Of a DNA stretch of 64,000 nucleotides, positions 26,860-37,809 are shown one piece after another. This DNA is from Opitutia bacterium. GTDB lineage: Bacteria; Verrucomicrobiota; Verrucomicrobiia; Opitutales; Opitutaceae. The notes under the pieces were generated by a model, which saw only the letters and a list, made by a program, of their open reading frames with translations, was not told the origin of the DNA and did not search any database. A program made the translations under genes and the position numbers. How positions within the stretch are numbered: position 1 is the stretch's first letter; each line of letters begins with the position of its first letter. The stretch is from the NCBI GenBank assembly GCA_947467625.1, contig CANIJN010000002.1:714-64713 (forward strand), in the 5' to 3' direction.

Positions 26860-28266
26860 ATGTTGTCTTTGATTCTCATGTCACCGCGCGGGAAACGTCG
26901 CGCTTGGTCAGTTTTTGGGCTGCTTTTCGTGCTCGGGACGGCCCGTGCTGATATCACCGCGATCGCGGGCAGCCTCCCGGAGGATTACCTGCCGGAATTG
27001 AAGGTAATCATTGGGTCAGCGTTGCGGCAGTCGCCCCAGATCATCGCCAAGGAAATTGAAATTGAACAAGCCAAGGCCGGCCTGATGGGGGCCCTTTCGC
27101 GGCGGTTGCCCGGAGTCGGCGGCAATCTGAATCTGGCGAGCAATGCGACGGCGACGACCAGCAATCTGAGCACGCGCACCCGGGACAGCGGCTTATTTTA
27201 CAACCTCGCCGTGAGCCAACCGATCTTTTTTTGGGGAGCGCTCAAACATGAGGGCGATAAAGCTCGGCTCGGCGTGTTGCTTTCCGAGCGGGGCTACGCG
27301 GAAGCCTACCGCGTCCTCGCGGTGGCGTTGCGCGGGGCTTATCTGCAACTGATCGTGAGGAAGGCGACGCTCGTTCACGCGCGACTGGCGCGCGATCAGT
27401 TGGTCGCCGAGTTGGCGTTGGCGAAGGACAAGCTGGCGAGCGGTGCGTTCGCGCCTTCGGAGATTGCCGCGCGGCAGCTAAGTTTAGATGATACTGACCT
27501 CGCGATTGCGCGCATCGAGATCGAGTTTGCAGCGGGGTGGCGCACCTTTGTCCGGCTCTCCGGTATTGCCGATCTGCCCGAAGCTTCCCTCCCGAAGGAG
27601 TTGCCGAAGCCGACCTTCCCCAGCGCGGCGGCCTCTGCGCTGTTGGCAGCCTTTGTGCGGGACGGCGGGCGCCAGACCTTTGAGGCCCGAGTCAATGAGA
27701 TGAAGGTGCAGGAGGCCGACCTTAACTATCGCATCGCGAGGGTCGGTTTGCTGCCGAAGTTTAGCGCGAGCGCCGCCTATAGCCTCGAAAACTCCACCTT
27801 TGCTTCGGCGAACTCCATCACCCAGCAGGGGATCACCCGCCAGACGATCGCAGTCGGTGCGCAGTGGGCGATTTTTGACGGGTTTGCGACCCGCGGTGCA
27901 AAACTCGGAGCGCTCGCGACCAAACGCCTCGCCGAGCGCCAGCTAGAGATGACCGCAAGCGGGGCGCTGGAATCGGCCCAAACCTTGTATCAGCAAATTG
28001 AACTCGAGGTGCGCGCGATGGACATGAGTGACCTTCGGTATGGGCTCGCCGCCAGCCAGGTCGGTCGGTTGGAGCAAGAGTTCAAGCTGGGCAATGTCGC
28101 GCAGGCGGCGCTCGACAGCGCGCAGGTGGGCCTGAAGCAGAGTCACGCTCAGAGCATCAACGCCCGCGCCATTTTCCTTTCCCGCTGGAGCGAGTTCGTC
28201 TCGTTGGCCGGCGCTGATCCCGTGCTCACTCAACTCACTTCCCGTCATGACCGCGAAAAACGGTAA
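26860..28266 (+). CDS. TolC-family outer-membrane efflux protein
   Basis: 468 aa with a signal peptide (RRAWSVFGLLFVLGTARA). Two internally repeated alpha/beta halves carry typical OEP motifs (LSERGYAEAYRVLAVALRGAYLQL; LGALATKRLAERQLEMT). Confidence 0.8.
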   Translation: MLSLILMSPRGKRRAWSVFGLLFVLGTARADITAIAGSLPEDYLPELKVIIGSALRQSPQIIAKEIEIEQAKAGLMGALSRRLPGVGGNLNLASNATATTSNLSTRTRDSGLFYNLAVSQPIFFWGALKHEGDKARLGVLLSERGYAEAYRVLAVALRGAYLQLIVRKATLVHARLARDQLVAELALAKDKLASGAFAPSEIAARQLSLDDTDLAIARIEIEFAAGWRTFVRLSGIADLPEASLPKELPKPTFPSAAASALLAAFVRDGGRQTFEARVNEMKVQEADLNYRIARVGLLPKFSASAAYSLENSTFASANSITQQGITRQTIAVGAQWAIFDGFATRGAKLGALATKRLAERQLEMTASGALESAQTLYQQIELEVRAMDMSDLRYGLAASQVGRLEQEFKLGNVAQAALDSAQVGLKQSHAQSINARAIFLSRWSEFVSLAGADPVLTQLTSRHDREKR

Positions 28267-29389
28267 CATCAGTTTGATTCTCAAGTTCGTCCTCGCGGCG
28301 GCCGTCGTAGCCGGGGGCTTCGTCATCGCCTGGCAACGGCTCGGCGACACCGTGGTCGTCGCGCCGGTGACGCGCGGTAAGGCGGTCAGTGCGGTGTCGG
28401 GCAGCGTTTTGGTCTCGGCGGGCCAGGGTGGGGTCCGGGAGTTGAAGGCGGAAGCGCCCGGGCGCGTGGCGAACGCCGATGCGCTGAGTGAAGATCGGGC
28501 GTTTAAGAAGGGCGATGTCCTGCTCCAGCTCGATACGAAGGAACTGGAGCGCGACATCGAGCTCGCGAAGAGTTCGTTCGAGTCGCTTCAGGAACTCCGC
28601 AAGATTACGCTCAAAAGTAATATTGAGCGCGAGGTGGCAAAGGAGAATCTGGACAACGCTCAGCGGTTCTTCGAGCGCGGTGAGTACTCGGCTGAAGCGG
28701 TGAAGAACGTCCGCCGCGCGCTCGACGCCACGAATTCCAAGTTCGAGATTGAAGAATTTAACAACAATCGGGCGATTACCGATTTCAAAAACGCCCTCGA
28801 ATCGAAGCAGATCTTGCTTCAGAAAATGACGATCATCGCCCAGGAGGACGGCGTGGTGGCCACCGTTTTGGTGACGCGCGGCGCGCTCATCACTCCTGGC
28901 CAGGCCGTCGCGACGATCATCTCGAAGGAGCGCGTGGTAACGGCGCAAATCAGCGAGGAGAATTTCGGCTCAATCCGGCTGGGGCAAAAGGCGAAAGTGC
29001 GGCTTCTGATTTATGGTAACCAGCCCCCGTTCGATGCTACGGTGTCGAAATTTCTGCCGATCGCCAATGAAGCGACGCAGCGCTACACGGTCTTTCTGGA
29101 TGTCGCGGTGGACCCCGTCCGCCTCGTGCCGGGCAGCAATGGTCAGGTGAACATCACGGTTGAAGAGCGCGAGGACCGACCGCTGATCCCGCGCCGGGCA
29201 TTGTTTAACGGCACCAATGTCTTCGTCGTCCAAGAGGGCCGGGTGCAGTTGCGGGAAGTGAGCCTCGGTCTGGTGAGTTTGAGCACGGCCGAGATCACCA
29301 AGGGGCTCGCGCCGGGCGAACTCGTCATCGTCGAAAACCTCGACACGTTTCGGAACGGTCAACGGGTCCGCATTCCCGTGGCGCAGTGA
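28247..29389 (+). CDS. Periplasmic adaptor (HlyD/MacA-type membrane fusion protein)
   Basis: 380 aa. It has an N-terminal TM anchor (ILKFVLAAAVVAGGFVIAW), a coiled-coil hairpin and beta-barrel motifs (GDVLLQLD ... IIAQEDGVVATVLV ... ALFNGTNVFVVQEGRVQLREVSLG). It overlaps the tolC-like gene by 20 nt. Confidence 0.8.
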   Translation: MTAKNGNISLILKFVLAAAVVAGGFVIAWQRLGDTVVVAPVTRGKAVSAVSGSVLVSAGQGGVRELKAEAPGRVANADALSEDRAFKKGDVLLQLDTKELERDIELAKSSFESLQELRKITLKSNIEREVAKENLDNAQRFFERGEYSAEAVKNVRRALDATNSKFEIEEFNNNRAITDFKNALESKQILLQKMTIIAQEDGVVATVLVTRGALITPGQAVATIISKERVVTAQISEENFGSIRLGQKAKVRLLIYGNQPPFDATVSKFLPIANEATQRYTVFLDVAVDPVRLVPGSNGQVNITVEEREDRPLIPRRALFNGTNVFVVQEGRVQLREVSLGLVSLSTAEITKGLAPGELVIVENLDTFRNGQRVRIPVAQ

Positions 29390-29429
29390 CGCCTGCGTCG
29401 CCGCCTAACGAGACGATCGCGCCTTCCTG

Positions 29430-30674
29430 ATGTCGCCGAATTTCCGTATCGCTTTCCGTTTTCTCACGGCGAAAAAACGGGCCATGCTGATGAGCCTGTC
29501 CTGCACGGTGCTGGGGGTCGGCTTGTTTATCGTTACGCAGGCGACGACGAGCGGCTTCGAGGAATTTTTCGTGAAGACGCTCCTCGGCACCGATGGAGCG
29601 ATGCGCATCGAGGATCGCATCCAAGACACGCTGCGCAGCATGGAGGTGGCGGGTAGTCCCGATTTTCAGATCCGCCAGCGCGAAGGGGTGAAATATATCG
29701 AGGGCGTCGAGGAGCCGCAGGTCATTATGGATACGGTGCGCAGTTTCGCGAATGTGCGGGGTGTCTCCGCTGTGCTGCGGGGCAATGTGCAGGTCAGCAG
29801 TTCGTTTAAGACCGAGGATGCGCAGGTTTTCGGGATCAAGCTTGAGGACCACCGCTTCGTCTCCGAATTGGAGCGCAAGATCACCACGCCAGAAGGCTTG
29901 GGGAAGTTTCAGGAATCGGCGGGCAGCGCACTCGTGGGCCGGGTGTTGGCCGACCGTCTTCAGCTGACCGTCAATGAATCGATCGTGATTAACGTGCGCG
30001 GCGAATCACGCCGTTACGTCGTGGCTGCGATTTACGAGACCGGAGTGCGCGACATCGACAAGACGCGGATCTACATCGATCTGGCCGAAGCGCGATCACT
30101 CCTGCGCAAGCCGACCGGTGCGACGTTTCTGCAGATCAGTCTGCATGATCCGAAGCGCGCCCGCCAGGAAGCCGCGCACATGGAGGAGGTGCTCCGGCAC
30201 AGCGTCCGCCCGTGGCAGGAGCGCGAGAAAGAATGGCTCTCGGTCTTCCGCGCGTTGAGCGTGTCCTCGGCGATCACGGTCACGGTCTTCACGCTCATCG
30301 CGAGTCTCGCGATGTTCAATACGCTCGCGATGATCGTGCTCGAGAAAACCAAAGACATCGCGATCTTGCGTTCGATGGGCTATGAGCGGCGCGATATCAC
30401 GCGGATTTTCCTTTGGCAGGCGGCCATCGTGTTAGCGATTGGCGCGATCGTCGGCGGGATCTTCGGTGCGGCGGTATCGTGGGGCGTGAGTCTGGTACCG
30501 TTGCCGATCAATACCTTGTTCAAGACAGAGCACTTCATTGTCGCCTTATCGCCTTGGCATTTCGTCCAGGCGATCACGACGGCGGTCGTGATGGTAATGA
30601 TCGCTAGTCTCGTGCCCGCCAGGCGTGCGGCGCGACTCGAACCCGGCGACATTGTTCGCGGCACGGCCCAATGA
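29430..30674 (+). CDS. FtsX-family ABC transporter permease (MacB/LolC/DevC-like)
   Basis: 414 aa. The layout is MSPNFRIAFRFLTAKKRAMLMSLSCTVLGVGLFIV (TM1), a large periplasmic domain, and three C-terminal TMs containing KTKDIAILRSMGY. Confidence 0.85.
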   Translation: MSPNFRIAFRFLTAKKRAMLMSLSCTVLGVGLFIVTQATTSGFEEFFVKTLLGTDGAMRIEDRIQDTLRSMEVAGSPDFQIRQREGVKYIEGVEEPQVIMDTVRSFANVRGVSAVLRGNVQVSSSFKTEDAQVFGIKLEDHRFVSELERKITTPEGLGKFQESAGSALVGRVLADRLQLTVNESIVINVRGESRRYVVAAIYETGVRDIDKTRIYIDLAEARSLLRKPTGATFLQISLHDPKRARQEAAHMEEVLRHSVRPWQEREKEWLSVFRALSVSSAITVTVFTLIASLAMFNTLAMIVLEKTKDIAILRSMGYERRDITRIFLWQAAIVLAIGAIVGGIFGAAVSWGVSLVPLPINTLFKTEHFIVALSPWHFVQAITTAVVMVMIASLVPARRAARLEPGDIVRGTAQ

Positions 30675-31384
30675 GCACGTCCCTCCACGCGGTCTCCGCC
30701 GCTCCGGTCGGCGATTTCGCCCTGCGTTGCAGCGGCCTCCAACGTTACCTCGGCCAAGGGGACGGGCGGGTGCACGTGCTCAAAGGCGTGTCGTTTGAAG
30801 CGCGTCGCGGACAGGTCTACGCCATTGTGGGGCCGTCAGGCTGCGGCAAGTCCACGCTCCTCTATCTCCTAGGCCTTCTCGACCAACCGGATGGCGGTGA
30901 TATCGAGATCAACGGCCAGCGCATGTCGAACCGTGACGATTTCGCCCGGACGGCGGCGCGCGGTGCCCATATTGGCTTCGTGTTTCAGTTTCATTTTCTG
31001 ATGCTCGAATTCACGGCACTGGAAAATGTGATGATGCCGATGCGCAAACTCGGGCGATTGACCGCCCCTGAAATGGAGGCGCGCGCCCGGATGTTGCTCG
31101 ATGCGGTCGGTCTCGGAGCAAAAACCCACCGGCTCGGCACTCAGCTCTCGGGTGGCGAACAGCAGCGCGTGGCCGTGGCGCGCGCCTTGGCGAATCAGCC
31201 GTCGATCATTCTGGCAGACGAGCCGACGGGAAATCTCGACGTAAAAAATTCCACGTTGGTTTTCGATCTCCTCACCCGTTTGGCCAAGGACAATGGACAG
31301 GCGGTTATCTTGGTGACCCACAATCCGGAAATCGCGCAGCGCTGTGACGTTACGCGCCCCATGCGTGACGGTTTGTTCGTCTAA
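30671..31384 (+). CDS. ABC transporter ATP-binding protein (MacB/LolD/DevA-like)
   Basis: Walker A GPSGCGKSTLLYLLG, signature LSGGEQQRVAVARAL, Walker B IILADEPTGNLD. It overlaps the permease gene by 4 nt. Confidence 0.9.
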   Translation: MSTSLHAVSAAPVGDFALRCSGLQRYLGQGDGRVHVLKGVSFEARRGQVYAIVGPSGCGKSTLLYLLGLLDQPDGGDIEINGQRMSNRDDFARTAARGAHIGFVFQFHFLMLEFTALENVMMPMRKLGRLTAPEMEARARMLLDAVGLGAKTHRLGTQLSGGEQQRVAVARALANQPSIILADEPTGNLDVKNSTLVFDLLTRLAKDNGQAVILVTHNPEIAQRCDVTRPMRDGLFV

Positions 31385-31717
31385 ATGAGTTCGGGCGACG
31401 ATAAGCGACGGCTCACGATGGGACTACGCGGGCTAATTCTTCAGGGAAAAAAGCATCATTCGGAAAATTTGGTTTACAAGGCAAACGCCGCACCCTTCTT
31501 TGAAGACGATTCTAATTTTCCAACACGACCTGTGAGCAACGACCCTACGCGAAAACAATTCTTTGCCAAACTCCTCGGCGCAGCTGCGGCCGTGAGTGTT
31601 GCTCCTAAGCTGCTCGCATCGTCTGGACAGCCTCTCGCCCCCTCAGCCACCTCGGCACTGCCCGTGATTGTGCGTTCCGAAGTCCGCGCCGTTGCTCGCC
31701 GCGCTGGCGCGGTTTAA
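31385..31717 (+). CDS. Hypothetical small protein with a Tat-like motif (doubtful CDS; possibly starts at GTG 31532)
   Basis: Track ORF, 110 aa. The 5' half is noticeably AT-richer and looks intergenic. The 3' part encodes PTRKQFFAKLLGAAAAVSVAPKLLASS, an S/T-R-K-x-F-F-x-K motif plus a hydrophobic h-region. No family was recognised. Confidence 0.25.
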   Translation: MSSGDDKRRLTMGLRGLILQGKKHHSENLVYKANAAPFFEDDSNFPTRPVSNDPTRKQFFAKLLGAAAAVSVAPKLLASSGQPLAPSATSALPVIVRSEVRAVARRAGAV

Positions 31718-31749
31718 ACCGCCCCTCGGCCACCCGAAGAACATCCGCC

Positions 31750-32409
31750 ATGTCGAAACTTTTTCCAAAGTCGGCGAACAAGCTTCCGTTTCAGATCATC
31801 ATCTACCTCGGGGTACTCGTGTGCGTGGCGACCGCGGGAGTGACCTACTACATGACGCCGAAGTACACGCGCGTCGGCTACGCTCCGGTCCAGCCGGTGC
31901 CTTTCAGTCACGCGAAACACGTGCAGGAGGTCGGCCTCGATTGTCGGTACTGCCACTCGAATGTGGATAAGTCCGCCCACTCAAATGTCCCCACGTCGCA
32001 GACGTGCATGAACTGTCATAATCAGATCAAGACGACGAGTCCGCTCCTCGCCCCGATCCGTGAGAGTGCCGCCACCGGCAAGGCCGTTCCGTGGGTTTGG
32101 ATCCACAAAACTCCGGACTACGCTTATTTTAATCACTCCATCCACGTGAACCGCGGCATTTCTTGCGTCGAGTGCCACGGCAAGATTAACGAGATGGATG
32201 TCGTCACCCACATGCAGCCGCTCAGCATGGCTTTCTGCTTGGAATGCCACCGCCATCCCGAAGCCGCTCTTCGTGATCCGAAAGACGTCTTTAACCTCGA
32301 TTCGAAACGCCTCGCCGACCAAGGCGAAGCCGGTGTGAAACAGGCGAAGGCGCTCGTAGATAACTGGAAAGTGAAACCTCCCCAGAGCTGCTCCGGCTGC
32401 CATCGCTGA
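31750..32409 (+). CDS. actA: Alternative complex III subunit ActA (pentaheme cytochrome c)
   Basis: 219 aa with an N-terminal TM and five CxxCH motifs: CRYCH, CMNCH, CVECH, CLECH, CSGCH. Confidence 0.9.
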   Translation: MSKLFPKSANKLPFQIIIYLGVLVCVATAGVTYYMTPKYTRVGYAPVQPVPFSHAKHVQEVGLDCRYCHSNVDKSAHSNVPTSQTCMNCHNQIKTTSPLLAPIRESAATGKAVPWVWIHKTPDYAYFNHSIHVNRGISCVECHGKINEMDVVTHMQPLSMAFCLECHRHPEAALRDPKDVFNLDSKRLADQGEAGVKQAKALVDNWKVKPPQSCSGCHR

Positions 32410-35400
32410 TGAAACGCATATTTGAACATCCCGCTCCGTCGGAACGTGAGCTGAACGGCCCGAAATACTGGCGCAGCCTCGATGAGCTTGCAGCGACGCC
32501 TGGGTTCGTGGACCAGCTGAAACGCGAATTTCCTCAGGGAGCTGCGGAGTTGGACGGCGTCGATCGCCGTCACTTCATGAAGATCATGGCGGCTTCGTTT
32601 GCCCTCGGAGGCGTCGGCCTCGCGGGGTGCCGTCGTCCCGAGTTAAATATTCTGCCCTTTGGCAAATCTGTCGAAGGCATTATTCCCGGTCTGCCGCAGT
32701 ATTACGCGACCGCGATGCCGTTGCGCAAATCGGCGATCCCGTTGCTTGCTGAGACGCATCAGGGGCGCCCCACGAAGCTCGAAGGCAACCCCAGCTACTT
32801 GCCGCACGGCAGCGCCAGTTCACTGCTCGCTCAGGCTTCAATCCTCGATCTGTACGATCCTGATCGGGCCACGGCTCACACCAAGGGCGCCTCGGTACTG
32901 ACGTCTGCGGCCGTCAACGAGCTCCTGGCTAATGTTGGCAAGAATTACGCCGCGTCCCAAGGCGCTGGCCTTGCTTTCTTGGCCGACCAATCGTCGTCGC
33001 CGACTCGTGCGCGAATTCTCAAAAAACTTCGTCGGGCGTTGCCGAAGGCCATTTGGGCCGAATACGAGCCGGTCACTGACGAGCCTCCGCTCGCCGCTGC
33101 GCAGGCTGCTTTCGGAGCCGACGTGAAGCCGATTTATCGGTTCGCCCAAGCCAAACGCATTCTCTCGCTCGACGCTGATTTTTTCCACGCCGAGTCTGGT
33201 AGTTTGTACTACGCTCGCGAATTTGCGAAGGGTCGTCGGGTCACGAAAGCGACCGATCCGATGAATCGCCTGTATGTGGCGGAGAGTGCGTTTACCCTAA
33301 CGGGCAGCATGGCCGATCATCGTCTGCGCCTCGCGACGAGCCACATGCTTGCATTGGCCGCAGCGATCGGGGGCAAAGCCCTCGGCACCGACATTCTCAA
33401 GCCCTTCACCGAGGGGCTCGAAGCCTTCGTCAGTCAGAAGTGGGTCGATGAATGCGCTCAAGATCTTGTTGACCACAAGGGTGAATCTCTCGTGGTCGCC
33501 GGCGCGCATCTCCCGCCGCAGGTCCACGCCATCGCCTACGCGATCAACGCGCTCCTCGGTAATATCGGAAAGACGATTGATTTCGTGGCCGTCGAAGCAT
33601 CGTCTGCCGCTACCCTTTCCGACCTCGCGGGGGCGGTCAAAACCGGTGCGGTCAAGACGCTCGTTATTCTCGGTGGCAATCCGGTTTACAACGCTCCGGT
33701 CGATCTCGACTGGGCTAAGCTACAGGCTTCGGTTGCAGACGTGATTCGGCTCGGCTACGCGGCCGATGAAACGTCCGCACTCGCGGGGACGAACTTGGCC
33801 TCCGCCCATTATCTTGAGTCCTGGGGCGACGCTCGCACCGCGGACGGCACTGTGGTGCCGGTGCAGCCGATGATTTTGCCGCTCTTCGGCGGGATCACTC
33901 AGCTCGAGGTCCTCGCCCGGATCGCGGGTGAAGCCAATCCGGATGGTTACGCGCTCGTGAGCGAGACGATTGCGGCGCTAGCGGGCGGCGATGCCGAAAA
34001 GGCGATGCGCCGTTTCCTTCACGATGGACTCCTCGAAGGCTCGGCGTTCAAGAAAGTGCCCGTTTCCTTTGATCAGCGCGGTGCCCAGGTCTTGTTCCGC
34101 GATGAACCGAAGAAGGTCGAGGCGTTCTCGTTGAAGAACCTCGAAGTCCGTTTCGTGACCGACCACAAAATGGACGATGGTCGTTTCAATAACAACGGCT
34201 GGCTCCAAGAGTGCCCTGATCCGATTACGAAAATCTCGTGGGACAACGCTATTCTGGTGAGCCCGAAGCTCGGCAAGGAACTCGGGATCGCTCCTCAAGG
34301 CTCAGCACTCCAAATCGCTCGCGTTGAGGAAAACGACTTTTCGATCGGCAAGGAAAACGGGCGCGTCTACGAACTCACGGTAGGCGGTCGCAAGATCAAG
34401 GGCCCGCTGCACATCCAGCCAGGTCTCTCTAACTATACGGTGGTTGTGCCCTTGGGTTACGGCCGCGTCGCAACCGGCCACGTGGGAAAAGGTGCTGGTT
34501 TTAACGCCTATCCGATCCGCACGGTCGCGAATCAAGACGTTGCCACGGGTGGCACGCTCGTCGACACCGGCACGCGACTCCTCCTCGCCAATACTCAGGA
34601 ACATTGGTCGATGGAAGGCCGCGATATCGTGCGCGAAGCCAACTTCGACGAGTACCAGAAGAATCCCGGCTACGTTGACGATATCGGCACGGAGTCGCAC
34701 TCACCGGCGATTTACGGCGCACAAAATACCCCGACTAACGATAACAAGCTCTCTCGCGAGGATCGCGCCAAGCTGAACGCGACCCGTGCGAAGGACATCC
34801 CGCGCGGCGGCTCGATGTATTCGACGCCGAAGTTCGACGGACAGCACCAGTGGGGCATGTCAATCGATCTCAACACTTGCATCGGTTGCAACGCCTGCGT
34901 GGTGGCATGTCAGGCTGAGAATAATATTCCAATCGTGGGCAAGGACCAAGTGATGCGGGGACGTGAGATGCATTGGATTCGTCTCGACCGCTACTATTCC
35001 GACGGCAAGGCCGAAGGCGGTGCCTTCGGCGGCGAAGGCAATCGCGAGATCCCTGAGGATCCGCAAGTTTCCCTCCAACCCGTCGCTTGTGCTCAGTGTG
35101 AACTGGCCCCGTGCGAAGTTGTTTGCCCCGTCAATGCGACCGTGCACGACGAAGAAGGCCTCAATACGATGGCGTACAACCGTTGCATCGGCACGCGTTA
35201 CTGCGCGAACAATTGCCCTTATAAGGTCCGTCGCTTTAATTTCTTCGACTTCAACTTGCGCCAACTTGATAGCCTTTACCTCGGTCAACTCGGACCGAAG
35301 GGGATGCCGGAACTGGTTAAAATGGTGAAGAATCCCGAGGTCACCGTCCGCATGCGCGGTGTGATGGAAAAATGCACCTACTGCGTTCAACGCATCCAGA

Positions 35401-35831
35401 ATGGGAAGATCCAGCACAAGGTAGCCATGGCTCAGGCCGGCAGGCCGGGTGACGTCGTCGTCCCGGATGGCACGATCAAAACTGCGTGCCAACAGGTGTG
35501 CCCAGTCGAAGCCATCGAGTTCGGTAATATCGACGATCCCACCAGCAAGGTTTCGCGGGCAAAAGCCTTGGAGCAGGACTATTCGTTGCTCGGTTATCTC
35601 AATATTCGCCCCCGCACCACGTATCTCGGCAAGCTCCGCAATCCGAATCCGAAGATGCCCGATTATCAAGCGCTGCCGCTCAGTCGCGTCGAATATAACA
35701 GTAAGAATCACCCTCCGTCCGATCACGGTCACGGTGCACATGGCCACGACAGCCATGCGCCCGCCGCTCCAAAGACCGAGAAAAAACACAGCGTCATCGA
35801 CGCGGGTAAAACGTTCGGAGGACTTAGCTAA
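32409..35831 (+). CDS. actB: Alternative complex III subunit ActB (fused molybdopterin-oxidoreductase-like B1 and 4Fe-4S B2 domains)
   Basis: 1140 aa. Tat signal: [23 protein letters not shown]. The C-terminal ferredoxin-like Cys clusters are [44 protein letters not shown] and CTYCVQRI...CQQVCP. Its start overlaps the actA stop (TGATG). Confidence 0.9.
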   Translation: MKRIFEHPAPSERELNGPKYWRSLDELAATPGFVDQLKREFPQGAAELDGVDRRHFMKIMAASFALGGVGLAGCRRPELNILPFGKSVEGIIPGLPQYYATAMPLRKSAIPLLAETHQGRPTKLEGNPSYLPHGSASSLLAQASILDLYDPDRATAHTKGASVLTSAAVNELLANVGKNYAASQGAGLAFLADQSSSPTRARILKKLRRALPKAIWAEYEPVTDEPPLAAAQAAFGADVKPIYRFAQAKRILSLDADFFHAESGSLYYAREFAKGRRVTKATDPMNRLYVAESAFTLTGSMADHRLRLATSHMLALAAAIGGKALGTDILKPFTEGLEAFVSQKWVDECAQDLVDHKGESLVVAGAHLPPQVHAIAYAINALLGNIGKTIDFVAVEASSAATLSDLAGAVKTGAVKTLVILGGNPVYNAPVDLDWAKLQASVADVIRLGYAADETSALAGTNLASAHYLESWGDARTADGTVVPVQPMILPLFGGITQLEVLARIAGEANPDGYALVSETIAALAGGDAEKAMRRFLHDGLLEGSAFKKVPVSFDQRGAQVLFRDEPKKVEAFSLKNLEVRFVTDHKMDDGRFNNNGWLQECPDPITKISWDNAILVSPKLGKELGIAPQGSALQIARVEENDFSIGKENGRVYELTVGGRKIKGPLHIQPGLSNYTVVVPLGYGRVATGHVGKGAGFNAYPIRTVANQDVATGGTLVDTGTRLLLANTQEHWSMEGRDIVREANFDEYQKNPGYVDDIGTESHSPAIYGAQNTPTNDNKLSREDRAKLNATRAKDIPRGGSMYSTPKFDGQHQWGMSIDLNTCIGCNACVVACQAENNIPIVGKDQVMRGREMHWIRLDRYYSDGKAEGGAFGGEGNREIPEDPQVSLQPVACAQCELAPCEVVCPVNATVHDEEGLNTMAYNRCIGTRYCANNCPYKVRRFNFFDFNLRQLDSLYLGQLGPKGMPELVKMVKNPEVTVRMRGVMEKCTYCVQRIQNGKIQHKVAMAQAGRPGDVVVPDGTIKTACQQVCPVEAIEFGNIDDPTSKVSRAKALEQDYSLLGYLNIRPRTTYLGKLRNPNPKMPDYQALPLSRVEYNSKNHPPSDHGHGAHGHDSHAPAAPKTEKKHSVIDAGKTFGGLS

Positions 35832-37261
35832 TGGCCCACGCCCATCACGCCGACACTGCGACCCCTGCGATCTTGCAGGAAGTCAAACCTGCCTCGCTTC
35901 CCCGTGCGATCCTCGTTGCGAATAACCGGAGCTTTTCTTGGATTACGGAAAAAATCTGCGGTATCATCGAAGGTAAAACGCCCACGTGGTGGTGGGTGTG
36001 CTTCGCCCTCGCGTGTTTCGTCGCGTCGTTCACGGTCGCGGGAATCGCCTACCTGATCTCCACTGGTGTCGGCGTCTGGGGCCACGCCAATCCCGTCAAC
36101 TGGGCCTGGGACATCGTTAACTTCGTCTTCTGGATCGGTATCGGCCACGCGGGTACGTTAATTTCCGCCATCTTGTGCCTGCTGCGTCAGAAGTGGCGTA
36201 CTTCGATTAATCGCGCCGCCGAGGCCATGACGATCTTCGCTGTGGTGTGCGCTGCGATCTTCCCAGTCTTCCACGTCGGTCGCGTTTGGTATGCGTGGTA
36301 TCTTTTCCCGATTCCTAATTCGAACGCCATCTGGCAGAACTTCCGCTCGCCCCTTGAGTGGGACGTGTTCGCTGTCTCGACCTACGGCACGGTCTCGGTG
36401 TTGTTCTGGTACGTGGGACTTTTGCCCGACCTCGCCGTGCTTCGCGACCGCTTCTACTCCTCCGGCAACAAGCTTCGCTCCGCTCTTTATGGATTCTTTG
36501 CCCTCGGATGGCGCGGTTCGAACCGCCACTGGAGCAACTACGAAATGGCGTATTTGATCCTCGCCGGTATTTCGACTCCCCTCGTTTTGTCGGTGCACAC
36601 GATCGTCTCGTTCGACTTCGCGGTCTCGCTGCTCCCGGGTTGGCATACAACCATCTTCCCGCCGTATTTCGTCGCGGGAGCTATTTTCTCCGGTTTCGGG
36701 ATGGTGCTTACGCTGATGCTTCCACTCCGCGCCGTTTACAAGCTGGAGGACCTCATCACGCAGTATCACATCGACTGCATGTGCAAGATCACCTTGGCGA
36801 CTGGCACGATCGTCGGCTACGCCTACGCGATGGAGTTCTTTATCGCGTGGTATGGCGCGAATCCGTACGAGGGCTTCGCCTTCATCAACCGCGCCTTCGG
36901 CCACTACGCGTGGGCCTACTGGATCATGATTTCCTGCAATGTCATTACGCCCCAGTTCTTCTGGTTCAAGGCAGTGCGCGAAAACACCTCGTTCGTTTGG
37001 ATTCTCTCGATCTTTGTTAACGTCGGCATGTGGTTCGAGCGCTTCGTGATCATTGTTACCTCTCTCGCCCGTGACTTCCTGCCGTCGAGCTGGGGTTACT
37101 ATTCTCCGAGCATCGTGGAAATCTTTACCTTCTTCGGCACCTTCGGCGTATTCTCGGTGCTGTTCCTCCTCTTTATCCGCTTCCTCCCCATCATGCCGAT
37201 GGCAGAGCTCAAAGCGGTCACGCCGCAGGCCGATGTGCATGGCGGCGGCGCTCACCACTAA
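35831..37261 (+). CDS. actC: Alternative complex III subunit ActC (NrfD/PsrC-family quinol-interacting membrane subunit)
   Basis: 476 aa, polytopic. NrfD-type motifs: [31 protein letters not shown]. Its start overlaps the actB stop (TAATG). Confidence 0.9.
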   Translation: MAHAHHADTATPAILQEVKPASLPRAILVANNRSFSWITEKICGIIEGKTPTWWWVCFALACFVASFTVAGIAYLISTGVGVWGHANPVNWAWDIVNFVFWIGIGHAGTLISAILCLLRQKWRTSINRAAEAMTIFAVVCAAIFPVFHVGRVWYAWYLFPIPNSNAIWQNFRSPLEWDVFAVSTYGTVSVLFWYVGLLPDLAVLRDRFYSSGNKLRSALYGFFALGWRGSNRHWSNYEMAYLILAGISTPLVLSVHTIVSFDFAVSLLPGWHTTIFPPYFVAGAIFSGFGMVLTLMLPLRAVYKLEDLITQYHIDCMCKITLATGTIVGYAYAMEFFIAWYGANPYEGFAFINRAFGHYAWAYWIMISCNVITPQFFWFKAVRENTSFVWILSIFVNVGMWFERFVIIVTSLARDFLPSSWGYYSPSIVEIFTFFGTFGVFSVLFLLFIRFLPIMPMAELKAVTPQADVHGGGAHH

Positions 37262-37272
37262 GTTTCACGCCC

Positions 37273-37806
37273 ATGGCTGCACCATCCTACGGCTTGATTG
37301 CCACCTTCGATACCACGCCTGATCTCTATCATGCGGCCGCAAAAGTGCGCGATGCCGGTTACCGTAACTGGGACTGCATTACGCCGTTCCCCGTGCATGG
37401 ACTCGACAAGGCGATGGGCGTCCCACGCTCGATCGTTCCGCGGATTTCGCTCGCGGGCGGTATCATCGGTTTTTGTACCGGTATGTCGATGATCTGGTGG
37501 ACTGGGGCGGTGGACTATCAGCTCATCGTCGGCGGGAAACCTCTTTTCAGTCCCATGTTTGCTTTTCCCGTGAGCTATGAGCTCACCATTCTCTTCACCG
37601 CGTTTGCGACCATTGGCGGCATGTTGTTCCTCAACGGCCTGCCTATGCACTATCACGCGGTGCTGAAATACGAGCACATCCGCCGCGGCATGGATGATCA
37701 GTTTTTTATCGTCATTGAGACGCGCGATCCGCGCTTCAATCTCGCCAACACCAAGGCCCTGCTTGAAAAAGCCGGCGGGAAAAACATCTCGGAACTCGAG
37801 GCCTGA
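37273..37806 (+). CDS. actD: Alternative complex III subunit ActD (DUF3341-type)
   Basis: 177 aa. YGLIATFDTTPDLYHAAAKVRDAGYRNWDCITPFPVHGL is followed by two TM helices. The position and pattern match ActD. Confidence 0.8.
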   Translation: MAAPSYGLIATFDTTPDLYHAAAKVRDAGYRNWDCITPFPVHGLDKAMGVPRSIVPRISLAGGIIGFCTGMSMIWWTGAVDYQLIVGGKPLFSPMFAFPVSYELTILFTAFATIGGMLFLNGLPMHYHAVLKYEHIRRGMDDQFFIVIETRDPRFNLANTKALLEKAGGKNISELEA

Positions 37807-37809
37807 GCC

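Noticed and set aside
34860-37258. 309-aa and 366-aa minus-strand ORFs inside actB and actC.
   Set aside because: They are antisense to genes that carry Fe-S and NrfD motifs.
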